Below are positions 28,897 through 36,946 of a stretch of 64,000 nt of DNA, piece after piece. This DNA is from a bacterium (GTDB lineage: Bacteria > Patescibacteriota > Gracilibacteria > Peribacterales > Peribacteraceae). The notes beneath the pieces are model-generated. The model did not search any database, had not been told where the DNA came from, and was given only the letters and a program-made list of their open reading frames with translations. The stretch lies in NCBI GenBank assembly GCA_029558515.1, contig JAKQEM010000014.1:5759-69758 (forward strand), given 5' to 3'. Made by a program: the position numbers and the translations under genes. How positions within the stretch are numbered: position 1 is the stretch's first letter; every line of letters begins with the position of its first letter.

Positions 28897-30030
28897 ATGC
28901 GTCTCGCCATCGTCGCAGACTGGCTGACTACCTTCGGCGGAGCCGAACATGTGCTTGCGCAGTTGCATGCCCTGTATCCGGATGCGCCCCTCTTCACCAC
29001 CGTGGCGCGGCGGGAGAAGCTGGGCCCGCTCGCCGATGCCGACATCCGCACCACCCGACTGCAGCACATCTATCGATGGACAAGTAATCACCAGATCCTG
29101 CTGCCGCTCATGCCGCGCGCGATCGAAGACATCGACCTGACGGGATATGACATCGTGATCAGCTCATCGCATGCCGTTGCCAAAGGCGTCGTCGTTCCCT
29201 CGACTACACTGCATCTGTGCTACTGCCACACACCCATGCGCTACGCGTGGGAAATGGAAGAAGAATATCTGCGTGATTTCGGCATACCGCGACTCCTGCG
29301 ACCGGCTGTCAAAAGGATGCTCTCACGCATGCGCCGCTGGGATCTGACCACCGCAAAACGCGTCGATGTGTTCCTTGCCAATTCCAAGACGACGCAGGAG
29401 CGCATCGCCCGCATCTACGCCAGCGAGAGCATCGTGATCCCTCCGCCGGTGGATGATCGCTTCTTCGGGCATCCCCTCACTACCCACTACCCAATACCCA
29501 ATACCCAATTCCTCGCGATCGGCCGCCTCGTTCCCTACAAGCGTTTCGATTTGCTGATTGCACTCGCCAACGAACTGCACCTTCCGCTCTTGATCGCCGG
29601 ACGCGGACAGGATGAAGCGAGACTGAAGAAACTTGCCGGGCCGACCGTCACGTTCCTCGGCTTCGTACCGGACGAAGATCTCCCCGCGCTCTATGCGCAA
29701 GCAAAAGCTCTCCTGTTTCCTCAGCACGAGGACGCGGGCATCGTCCCGCTGGAAGCGCAAGCCTGCGGCACGCCCGTCATCGCACTCAACAAAGGCGGCG
29801 CACTCGAAACGATTCTTGATGGCATAACCGGGCTCTTCTTCGCCGAGCAATCTACAAAGAGCATCCGCGACGCGCTGCAACGCTTTGACACAATGACGTG
29901 GGATCGACAGAAGATTCGCGATCATGCGCGACAGTTTTCACAAACGGAGTTTCGGAGGAAGATGGAAACAATGATTGCAAAAGAGTATGAAAATTTTCCT
30001 TCCTCTTCCATCTCTCATGGAAATAATTGA
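28897..30030 (+). CDS. glycosyltransferase family 4 (GT-B, RfaG-like)
   Basis: Contains FLAIGRLVPYKRFDLLI, FLGFV.DEDL..LY..AKALLFPQHEDAGIVPLEAQACGTPVIA...GGALETI.DG.TGLFF. An internal heptamer array is also present. Confidence 0.9.
   Translation: MRLAIVADWLTTFGGAEHVLAQLHALYPDAPLFTTVARREKLGPLADADIRTTRLQHIYRWTSNHQILLPLMPRAIEDIDLTGYDIVISSSHAVAKGVVVPSTTLHLCYCHTPMRYAWEMEEEYLRDFGIPRLLRPAVKRMLSRMRRWDLTTAKRVDVFLANSKTTQERIARIYASESIVIPPPVDDRFFGHPLTTHYPIPNTQFLAIGRLVPYKRFDLLIALANELHLPLLIAGRGQDEARLKKLAGPTVTFLGFVPDEDLPALYAQAKALLFPQHEDAGIVPLEAQACGTPVIALNKGGALETILDGITGLFFAEQSTKSIRDALQRFDTMTWDRQKIRDHARQFSQTEFRRKMETMIAKEYENFPSSSISHGNN
29479..29513. repeat. heptamer array ACTACCC ACTACCC AATACCC AATACCC AATTCCT inside GT4 ORF
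   Basis: Five tandem 7-mers translated as THYPIPNTQF, in the inter-domain region of the glycosyltransferase. Confidence 0.85.
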
Positions 30031-30220
30031 AACCCGGCTCGCGCACTTCACCTCCGCGTGGCAAACACATGACATCGATGCTGTCTTGGATCTGTTTGCG
30101 GATGACGTGGAGTACCGGGAAACACCGTTTCAAAAATGTTCCAAAGGTGTGTACCTGATCACGCTGGATGCTCACGATCGTTGTACCTACTTTTTCCACT
30201 GCGGAGAAATAGCTGACTAA
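30017..30220 (+). CDS. SnoaL/NTF2-like protein fragment (probably truncated)
   Basis: MEIIETRLAHFTSAWQTHDIDAVLDLFADDVEYRETPF resembles the N-terminal third of NTF2-like proteins. The ORF ends after 67 aa. Confidence 0.35.
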   Translation: MEIIETRLAHFTSAWQTHDIDAVLDLFADDVEYRETPFQKCSKGVYLITLDAHDRCTYFFHCGEIAD

Positions 30221-30251
30221 ACATTCGTACCCATTCTCCAACCCCCGTCCT

Positions 30252-30275
30252 GTTACTCCGTTACTCCGTTACTCC
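30252..30275. repeat. octamer array GTTACTCC x3
   Basis: Perfect triple repeat ending 4 nt before the nnrD ATG. The same 8-mer recurs at 52573-52604. Confidence 0.85.
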
Positions 30276-30279
30276 TCCC

Positions 30280-31053
30280 ATGTCCCGCTCCCCTGTTTCC
30301 CACAAAGGTGAAAACGGAAAGGTGGCGATCATCGGGGGATCGCGGTGGATCCACGGAGCGCCGCTCCTCTCGGCGCTGGCGGCGGAAAGCTCCGGCGCGG
30401 ATTTGCTCTACCTCTTTGTCCCGCCCTGTCATGAAGAAGTCGCCAAACACACGTCGCTCAATTTCCAGGTGCGCACTTTCGAAGAAGACGCGCTGACAGA
30501 AAGAGACATCGCTCCCATCCTGGAACTGCTCGCGAGCATGGACTGCGCCGTCATCGGACCGGGATTGGATCGGACACCGGAGACGTTGCGCGCCATCGCG
30601 CACCTCATCGGCGGAGCGCTGTGCCCGCTGGTGCTGGATGCCTCTGCGCTGCAACCTGAAACCCCGGACGCCGTGACGGAGAAAGCAGCTGTCCTCACTC
30701 CGCATCTTGGCGAACTGGAACGCATGGGCATTCCCGAAAACGGACTGATGCAAGCGGCGGTAAATCACGGCGTCACCATCCTCCTCAAAGGTCCCGTCGA
30801 TCGCATCGCCGCGCCGGATGGAACCCTCACGGACAGCAGGGGCGGCACTGCGGGGCTCACCGTCGGCGGCACGGGAGACGCGCTTTCCGGACTCATCGCT
30901 GGACTGATCGCGCAGGGAGAAGCACTCCCCCGGTCGGCCATCCGCGCATCGACGATCATCAAGAAAGCGGCGGAGCATCTGTCGGCGCAGGGGCAAAGCG
31001 TGTTCACGGCGCGGGAAGTGATTGAGATGATTCCGTTGCTGATGAGGGAGTAG
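30280..31053 (+). CDS. nnrD: ADP-dependent NAD(P)H-hydrate dehydratase (YjeF C-terminal / Nnr2 type)
   Basis: Contains HKGENGKVAIIGGS....GAP.LSALAA..SGADL, AVIGPGL, VLDA.AL, VLTPH.GE and GGTGDALSG.IAGL.AQG. Confidence 0.88.
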   Translation: MSRSPVSHKGENGKVAIIGGSRWIHGAPLLSALAAESSGADLLYLFVPPCHEEVAKHTSLNFQVRTFEEDALTERDIAPILELLASMDCAVIGPGLDRTPETLRAIAHLIGGALCPLVLDASALQPETPDAVTEKAAVLTPHLGELERMGIPENGLMQAAVNHGVTILLKGPVDRIAAPDGTLTDSRGGTAGLTVGGTGDALSGLIAGLIAQGEALPRSAIRASTIIKKAAEHLSAQGQSVFTAREVIEMIPLLMRE

Positions 31054-31236
31054 GGGGTAGGGGGTAGAAGATTTGAAGGATGACAAAGACTACAAAGAGG
31101 ACAAGGAAGACAAGGAAGACAAGGAACTGCTGGATGGGGTGTGCATGCTATCTGTATCGTGTCCTTGGATTCTTTGAAGCCCATGTAATCCTTGTAGTCC
31201 TCGCAGTCCTTGTCATCTTTTCATCTTCGTCTTCCC
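31051..31236. repeat. oligomer-array hairpin (TAGGGGG x2; GACAAGGAA-type units vs TCCTTGT-type units)
   Basis: The left arm GATGACAAAGACTACAAAGAGGACAAGGAAGACAAGGAAGACAAGGAAC is an imperfect inverted repeat of GTAATCCTTGTAGTCCTCGCAGTCCTTGTCATC. It lies between nnrD and pgeF. Confidence 0.75.
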
Positions 31237-31914
31237 ATGATCGACTCCCCTTTCCACATCTTCGCCCCCTTCGCCGACCGTCTCGCCGTGCGGCTCTGCA
31301 CGAGAGCCGATGCCGTCAACGGCGATGATGCACTGCGCACGCTCCTGCACACCGACCGCATCGCGTCGCTGCATCAAGTGCACGGCAACCATACGATCAT
31401 CGTACAGGAACCGACCTCGCGCACGGAACAAGCCGACGGATTCGTCACCGATACGCCCGACTTGTTCCTGACGATTCGCACCGCGGACTGCCAGAGCATC
31501 CTCGCGTTCGATCCCGCAACAAACGTGCTCGGTATGCTCCACTGCGGCTGGCGCGGGCTCGTGCATGGCGCGATTCCCGCGTTCATCGCAACGTTCCACG
31601 ATCACTTCCACTCGCATCCCGCCGATCTCCTCGTCGGCTGCGGTCCGTCGCTCTGCAAGCGTTGCGCACATTTTTCCGATCCGCGCACGGAACTTCCCGG
31701 CATCCCCGATTACTTCTTCGATGATCACCGCGTCGACCTGCAAGCCGTCGCACATTGGCAACTCACGGAAAGCGGCGTACGAACGAGCAACATCGAACGC
31801 AGCCCCGAGTGCACCAAGTGCAACAATGATCTCTACTGGTCCTATCGCGGCACTGATCGGGACAGAGTGAAAGAGGGATGGACGAACGTGCTGGCCGCAG
31901 CGTTACTTCGTTGA
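31237..31914 (+). CDS. pgeF: peptidoglycan editing factor PgeF / YfiH (DUF152 laccase-domain protein)
   Basis: Contains LHQVHGN, ADGFVTDTPDLFLTIRTADCQSILAFD...GMLHCGWRG, CGPSLCKRC and CT.C....Y.SYR. Confidence 0.88.
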   Translation: MIDSPFHIFAPFADRLAVRLCTRADAVNGDDALRTLLHTDRIASLHQVHGNHTIIVQEPTSRTEQADGFVTDTPDLFLTIRTADCQSILAFDPATNVLGMLHCGWRGLVHGAIPAFIATFHDHFHSHPADLLVGCGPSLCKRCAHFSDPRTELPGIPDYFFDDHRVDLQAVAHWQLTESGVRTSNIERSPECTKCNNDLYWSYRGTDRDRVKEGWTNVLAAALLR

Positions 31915-31950
31915 TTCGTTCTTTCGTTGATGCGTAATTTCGTTCATTCG
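31901..31950. repeat. 8-nt-periodic array CGTTACTT CGTTGATT CGTTCTTT CGTTGATG CGTAATTT CGTTCATT
   Basis: Six tandem 8-mers. The first units encode the last residues and the stop codon of pgeF. Confidence 0.8.
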
Positions 31951-32064
31951 TATGTGCCAGTCAGAGAGGATCGACGCTGCTTCCAATTAATTTACAGACG
32001 TCAGTAAACTGCAATGTAGACTCCTGTTTGCCATCCCCTCAGGGTTCGATACGCTGTACTCCCC

Positions 32065-32763
32065 ATGCATCATCAACTCCGCATCATCCGGGACGCGTAC
32101 GACAAAACGGTTGATCGGTATTTCGCGGGGGTCGAAGACGAAGATTTGCTGCCGGAGGAATTCAAACAGTCCGATCGATACAAACGATTCAAAGCACTGT
32201 TGCACATGCCGGACGGCGGCAGCGGCGATGCCAAAATCCGCGAGTATCTGCAGCCGCAAGCCGGCATGCGTTTTCTGGATGTGGGATGCTGCGCCAACCT
32301 CATGACCAGGAATCTCGCCGCGTGGCCATCGACCTACTACGGCATCGACATCAGCCCGAAACTCATCGAAGCATCGCAGAACTTTGTGAAGAATCACCAA
32401 GTGAACATCGGCGGTCTCGCCGTCGCAGACATGGCGCACATGCCGTTTGACGATCATTTCTTCGATATCTGTGCGGTCATCGGCATAGTGGAGTATTTCG
32501 ATATCGCTTACATTCGCACAGCATTGAAAGAACTGCACAGAGTGATGAAGCCTCAAGGAAGAATCGTTCTGGATTTCCCGAATACCGCACATCCGGATTG
32601 TACAACGATGGTTGAAATGGAAGGCTATCTCGGTCGAACCAGACAGAATGTGCCGACCACGCACGCATTTGAAAAGGAGCTGCGGCCACTCTTTTCTCTG
32701 GAGAAGAGCGATGCGAATGTCATGAAAACGTACTTTCTGGTTTCTCGATCTGATGCCGCATAA
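32065..32763 (+). CDS. class I SAM-dependent methyltransferase
   Basis: FLDVGCCANLM (motif I), YYGIDISPKLIE, the acidic loop MPFDDHFFD and LKELHRVMKPQGRIVLDF. Confidence 0.85.
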   Translation: MHHQLRIIRDAYDKTVDRYFAGVEDEDLLPEEFKQSDRYKRFKALLHMPDGGSGDAKIREYLQPQAGMRFLDVGCCANLMTRNLAAWPSTYYGIDISPKLIEASQNFVKNHQVNIGGLAVADMAHMPFDDHFFDICAVIGIVEYFDIAYIRTALKELHRVMKPQGRIVLDFPNTAHPDCTTMVEMEGYLGRTRQNVPTTHAFEKELRPLFSLEKSDANVMKTYFLVSRSDAA

Positions 32764-32775
32764 TGGGGACCAATA

Positions 32776-33627
32776 TCACCGCAACCCTTTCCGATCACCG
32801 CCTCCCAATTCCTTCGCATTTTTCGGGGATACAATCTTCTCTCCCGTCTCCGCTTCGATTTCCTTGCGCGCATTTCCGGCGATTTGGCCGCCTCGCTTCG
32901 CAACCTTCTTGTTCTGATCGAATGTCACGGGCTTCTTCTCTTTGGAAATTTCCGTGGTCGTCGCTTCCGCCAGCATGTTGAGCACCAGTTCCAGATTCGT
33001 CATGTGATCGCGCAACCCCTCCTTCTTGAGACCTTTGAACTGCTTATATTCACGCACGTTCTTGCCGGACCATGCCCGAGTAATCTCGTCCGTCAGGATC
33101 GCAAACTCCCGCCCTTCTTCCACTCCGCGTTCCCGCCATTCATCCGTCAGTTCTTTGCGGATTTCAATGCTCTTCAACCGTTGATTGATCCATTCCTTGG
33201 AATACCCTTTCTGCAGGTACGTGCGCATCGCCCGCTCGAAGGTCAATTCCGGATCCTCCATTTCTTCCATCCGTTCGTAGCCGACTTTCGCCAGCCAAAT
33301 TTTAAACGGTTCGGCTTTGGGTGACGGGATGGATTGGATGACACGCAAAAGATCTTCCGTCGAAAAACAATCTGTTACCCGCTCTTTTCCATCAGGCGCT
33401 GTCATTTTCAACTGTACGATTTTTTCGTACACTTCACTGCCCTCCTTGCTCAATTTCATCTTTAGATCACTCCAGTATCGCCGAGGATTCGTGGAATCAG
33501 TTAATATTTCAACGATATCAATGATGGAGAAGTACCACAGCTCCCGCTCGTCATCCCAATGTCGACGCACATATTTTTCTTGAAAGAGCACGATGCCTTT
33601 GCCAGTGGGAGAAGATGAAATTGTCAT
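32776..33627 (-). CDS. DinD / Bro-N family DNA-damage-inducible-type protein
   Basis: N-terminus is WYFSIIDIVEILTDSTNPRRYWSDLK (Bro-N/KilA-like). The C-terminus GLKKEGLRDHMTNLELVLNMLAEATTTEI parallels E. coli DinD (KGLKKNQKILDHMGSTELAANLFRATQTEE). Lower GC than the surroundings. Confidence 0.65.
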   Translation of the reverse strand: MTISSSPTGKGIVLFQEKYVRRHWDDERELWYFSIIDIVEILTDSTNPRRYWSDLKMKLSKEGSEVYEKIVQLKMTAPDGKERVTDCFSTEDLLRVIQSIPSPKAEPFKIWLAKVGYERMEEMEDPELTFERAMRTYLQKGYSKEWINQRLKSIEIRKELTDEWRERGVEEGREFAILTDEITRAWSGKNVREYKQFKGLKKEGLRDHMTNLELVLNMLAEATTTEISKEKKPVTFDQNKKVAKRGGQIAGNARKEIEAETGEKIVSPKNAKELGGGDRKGLR

Positions 33628-33682
33628 AGAAAGCAGTGTACGACTGTACACCGTACATGCAAGTGATTTTTCTCGACCCTCT

Positions 33683-33848
33683 CCCGCACCTTTCCTATAC
33701 TTCCCCCGTCTCGGGGATGCGTCAGGACAGAATATTGTTTCTTCCTATCAGCGCTTATGGGAGGCTCAATCCCCCGCACCTTTCGCACGGTACACGCGCT
33801 TGGATGGCATCTGCCATTCATTCCCGTCCCCACCCGGAAAGGTGCGGG
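33683..33848. repeat. MITE-like element of a different family (13-bp perfect terminal inverted repeat)
   Basis: CCCGCACCTTTCC (33683-33695) and GGAAAGGTGCGGG (33836-33848), plus an internal direct copy CCCGCACCTTTCG at about 33774. Confidence 0.7.
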
Positions 33849-33966
33849 GTGCGGTCACCCCCTTGGGAATCCAAGGATGAAGCGTTTCTGTCGCAACGGT
33901 TGCCTGGGACATGATTGATTGAGACGAATGGCACAAGAACGGTGTGGCGCGTAGAATGATTCTTCC

Positions 33967-35007
33967 ATGCTTCCCCTCGCCGATCGCATCGCGCAGGCAA
34001 ATGCCCTCCTCTCCCCGCTGGCGGTGCCCCATGAGGGGAGATTGGGACGCAGGGTGCAGGAACCCGAGGATACCGTGCGGTTTCCGTTTCAACGTGACCG
34101 CGACCGCATCATTCACTCCACGGCGTTCCGGCGCCTGCAGGGGAAGACGCAGGTATTTGTGACGGGCGAAGACGATCACGTCCGCACGCGGTTGACCCAT
34201 ACGATGGAAGTGGCGCAGATTGCGCGCGATCTGGCACGAGCGCTTCGTCTCAACGAAGATCTCGTCGAGTGCATCGCGCTGGCGCATGACCTGGGCCATC
34301 CGCCGTTCGGACACAGCGGCGAAGACGCGCTGGACGCGTGGATGAAGCAGCACGGTGGACACTTCGAACACAACGAACAATCCTTCCGCGTGCTGACGCT
34401 CCTGGAAAAGCACGCGACCTCTGTGCCGGGACTCAACCTCCATCGGGAAGTGGAAGAAGGAGTGCTGAAACACTCGGAGACGATTCGACATTCGCTGGAA
34501 GCGGACATCGCCAACCACGCGGATGCCATCGCGTACCTCTCGCACGATTGCGACGACGGACTGCACGCGGGACTGCTCTCCATGGAGGCACTGATGACGA
34601 TACCGCTCGCGCGTGAGGCCGGGGAACGCGCGCTATCCCGCGGTACCTTCCTGCGCGGGGCTCTCATCGACATGATGAGCAACGACTTACTGGCGCATTC
34701 CGGGGAACACATCGTGTTCTCCCTTTCCATGCAACGAAGCATGGCTGCATTGCGCACTTTCCTCTTTGACACCCTCTACCTGCACCCCGTCGTCCGCCGC
34801 AGAGCCGAAGAAGGCAAGCGCATCGTCACGGCGCTCTGCGAGGGATTTCTGCGACGCCCCGACGACAAAATTCGAGCGCTGCACGCACGAACGGGCGGCA
34901 CTCTGCCCGAAGCGGTGAAAGATTACGTCGCAGGCATGACCGATGCTTTTGCCGGGGAACAAGCAATGGAAACCGGCTTTCTTCCCGCAAAAAAGAGGGC
35001 ATACTGA
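33967..35007 (+). CDS. dgt: dGTPase-family deoxynucleoside triphosphate triphosphohydrolase (HD domain)
   Basis: Contains RFPFQRDRDRIIHSTAFRRLQGKTQVF, DHVRTRLTHTMEVAQIARDLA, ALAHDLGHPPFGHSGE and DDGL. Confidence 0.92.
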   Translation: MLPLADRIAQANALLSPLAVPHEGRLGRRVQEPEDTVRFPFQRDRDRIIHSTAFRRLQGKTQVFVTGEDDHVRTRLTHTMEVAQIARDLARALRLNEDLVECIALAHDLGHPPFGHSGEDALDAWMKQHGGHFEHNEQSFRVLTLLEKHATSVPGLNLHREVEEGVLKHSETIRHSLEADIANHADAIAYLSHDCDDGLHAGLLSMEALMTIPLAREAGERALSRGTFLRGALIDMMSNDLLAHSGEHIVFSLSMQRSMAALRTFLFDTLYLHPVVRRRAEEGKRIVTALCEGFLRRPDDKIRALHARTGGTLPEAVKDYVAGMTDAFAGEQAMETGFLPAKKRAY

Positions 35008-35012
35008 TCCCG

Positions 35013-35975
35013 ATGAATCTCTCCCCGCACGAGAAACGGCGACATATTCGCATCATCCTCTGGGATGTGCTGCACAATGGAAAAGGAAGAGCGGGACACG
35101 CGTTCAATTTCCTGTTGATCATTTTCATTTTGATTTCCGTGGCACTGGTGCCGCTCGAATACTTCCCGACATTCGGCAGTTTTACGACGGGCGCGCACAT
35201 CCTGGAAGCGGTGATCATCGGCATCTTCACCATGGAGTACCTCCTGCGCATCTACGCCGCACCCCGTCGATTGCAGTACATCTTTTCCTTCTTCGGCATC
35301 GTCGATCTGCTCTCCATCATCCCGTTTTACGCAGGGATCTTCGGCACCGAAGCCATTCGCGTGCTGCGTCTCCTGCGCCTCTTCAAGCTGGCGGAAATCG
35401 AAGCGGCCGCCGAGAATGACGAAGCGGACGCCATGCAGCGGGGCATGCAATTGGTGGAGGGGGAATCGGTGGCATACATCGTCACCAAGAGTCCGGTCGT
35501 TCTCTTCCTCGGCGTCATTCCGCCGCTCTTCGCTCTCACGTTCGGCATCGGTCTGCTCCTGATCACGCAGGGAAATATCATCGGACTCGCACTCTCCGTC
35601 GGACTGTTCCTCTTCGCATTCATCTTCCTGTGGAAGACGTGGCTCGATTTCAGCTACGACGTTCTGTACGTCACCAACTATCGTCTGATTTTCCAAAATC
35701 AACATCTGCTGGGCCGCAGCATCAACCAAGTGCAGTTTTCGGCCATCACCAACGTCAAACCGTTTTACCCCAGCAGCATGAGTTACATTCTGCGGTACGG
35801 ATCGCTGGTCATCGATACCGCTGCAGAACACCCGGGACAAATTCGGCTGGATATGGTGCGCAGACACGAACAGGCGGCGCAAGTCATCATGCAGCGATGC
35901 TTCGCGCCGAAGATCAACGATGTTCCCGCGGCGCCTCCAGCAACGGCAACGGATCCGTCTGCGCCCCGTCCTTGA
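35013..35975 (+). CDS. membrane protein: voltage-sensor-like S1-S4 domain fused to a bacterial PH (bPH/DUF304-like) domain
   Basis: Four N-terminal helices end in an S4-like AIRVLRLLRLFKLAEI segment (R/K every third residue). No P-loop or TxGYG follows. A TM hairpin comes next, then LYVTNYRLIFQN...SINQVQFSAITNVKP....YILRYGSLVIDTA, typical of membrane-flanked bPH domains. The gap after dgt is 5 nt. Confidence 0.7.
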   Translation: MNLSPHEKRRHIRIILWDVLHNGKGRAGHAFNFLLIIFILISVALVPLEYFPTFGSFTTGAHILEAVIIGIFTMEYLLRIYAAPRRLQYIFSFFGIVDLLSIIPFYAGIFGTEAIRVLRLLRLFKLAEIEAAAENDEADAMQRGMQLVEGESVAYIVTKSPVVLFLGVIPPLFALTFGIGLLLITQGNIIGLALSVGLFLFAFIFLWKTWLDFSYDVLYVTNYRLIFQNQHLLGRSINQVQFSAITNVKPFYPSSMSYILRYGSLVIDTAAEHPGQIRLDMVRRHEQAAQVIMQRCFAPKINDVPAAPPATATDPSAPRP

Positions 35976-36756
35976 TCACCTCGAAGTGCAGGTGCGCACC
36001 GGTCGTCAGATTCCCCGCGCCCGCCGTACCGGGCCGTCCTCCGCTGAGCGCGATGGGATCACCCACCCGCACCTCCTGCCCCTCTTCCGCCAGGAACGCG
36101 GAAACGTGTCCGTAGAGCGTGGCATAGCCGCTCGCGTGACGAATGACGATGGAATTGAAACCGAGTCCGTTATCGGACACTTTGGCGATGACGCCGTCGG
36201 CGGCGGCCGTGACCACCGACCCCTGCGCGACGGGAATGTCGATGGCCTTGTGCGGCATGCCGAAGCGCTCCTCGTAGCCGTCATCATCGAACGTGGCGGA
36301 AATCCCCAGCAGCGGTTCCACCGGCCAGACGAACGCCACGGGACCGATACCATCCGCCTCCCCGCGCATGCTCAGCGTGAACGCCTGCGCCTCCCAGATC
36401 TGCCGCAGCGACGCGAGGATTTCCCGCTCCGCCGCTCGTTTGTCCCCCAGCAATGCCACGAGACGGGCGCGAGTGTCCGTCAGTTCCACAATCAGCTCCT
36501 CATCGAACGTCCGGTCGATCTCACTCTGCAGCGCATCGAGTTCCTCGCGCAGGATGGACTCGCGCCGATGCAAGACTTCCTGTTCGATGCGCAGATCACG
36601 AATCTGCGTTTCCGCCGCGCGGATCACGACTTGCTCTTCCGAGACCCTGCCTCCCATCGCCCCCACCGCACCGGACGCCCACAGCACCCATCCCACCGTT
36701 GCCACGATGAGAAGGACGAGGGTCCCCGGACGCGGAATATCGATTTCTATGTGCAT
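35914..36756 (-). CDS. M23 family metallopeptidase with N-terminal coiled coil (EnvC-like)
   Basis: A TM anchor, a coiled-coil segment (IRDLRIEQEVLHRRESILREELDALQSEIDR) and an M23 core with HKAIDIP, GFNSIVIRHASGYATLYGHV and GAHLHFEV. Start placed at MHIEIDIP. Confidence 0.88.
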   Translation of the reverse strand: MHIEIDIPRPGTLVLLIVATVGWVLWASGAVGAMGGRVSEEQVVIRAAETQIRDLRIEQEVLHRRESILREELDALQSEIDRTFDEELIVELTDTRARLVALLGDKRAAEREILASLRQIWEAQAFTLSMRGEADGIGPVAFVWPVEPLLGISATFDDDGYEERFGMPHKAIDIPVAQGSVVTAAADGVIAKVSDNGLGFNSIVIRHASGYATLYGHVSAFLAEEGQEVRVGDPIALSGGRPGTAGAGNLTTGAHLHFEVIKDGAQTDPLPLLEAPREHR

Positions 36757-36762
36757 CGAGCC

Positions 36763-36768
36763 AGTATA
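36763..36768 (-). promoter_or_regulatory. -10 box TATACT 6 nt upstream of the M23 gene ATG
   Basis: Minus strand reads CTGCTATACTGGCTCG-ATG. Confidence 0.4.
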
Positions 36769-36797
36769 GCAGATTTTGCTTTCCCATTCCATGGCAG

Positions 36798-36823
36798 GCC
36801 ACGTCGTTCGCGAACGACGTGGC
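36798..36823. other. perfect 26-nt palindrome overlapping the 3' CCA of tRNA-Trp
   Basis: GCCACGTCGTTCG|CGAACGACGTGGC. The right arm contains the discriminator base and the CCA of the minus-strand tRNA. Confidence 0.85.
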
Positions 36824-36895
36824 AGGCGCTGTAGGGATCGAACCTACGACCTTCGGTTTTGGAGACCGACGCTCTACCAACTGAGCTAAGCGCCT
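36820..36895 (-). tRNA. tRNA-Trp (anticodon CCA), CCA end encoded
   Basis: Minus-strand sequence is AGGCGCTTAGCTCAGTTGGTAGAGCGTCGGTCTCCAAAACCGAAGGTCGTAGGTTCGATCCCTACAGCGCCTGCCA. The anticodon loop is CTCCAAA and the acceptor stem is AGGCGCT/AGCGCCT. Confidence 0.9.
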
Positions 36896-36946
36896 ATACC
36901 GCACTCATCATACCGCAATACGCATACATCCTGCTACAGTGCCGCC

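Noticed and set aside
31987-32664. 225-aa minus-strand ORF opposite the methyltransferase gene.
   Set aside because: The plus-strand product has complete SAM-methyltransferase motifs. The minus-strand product has none.
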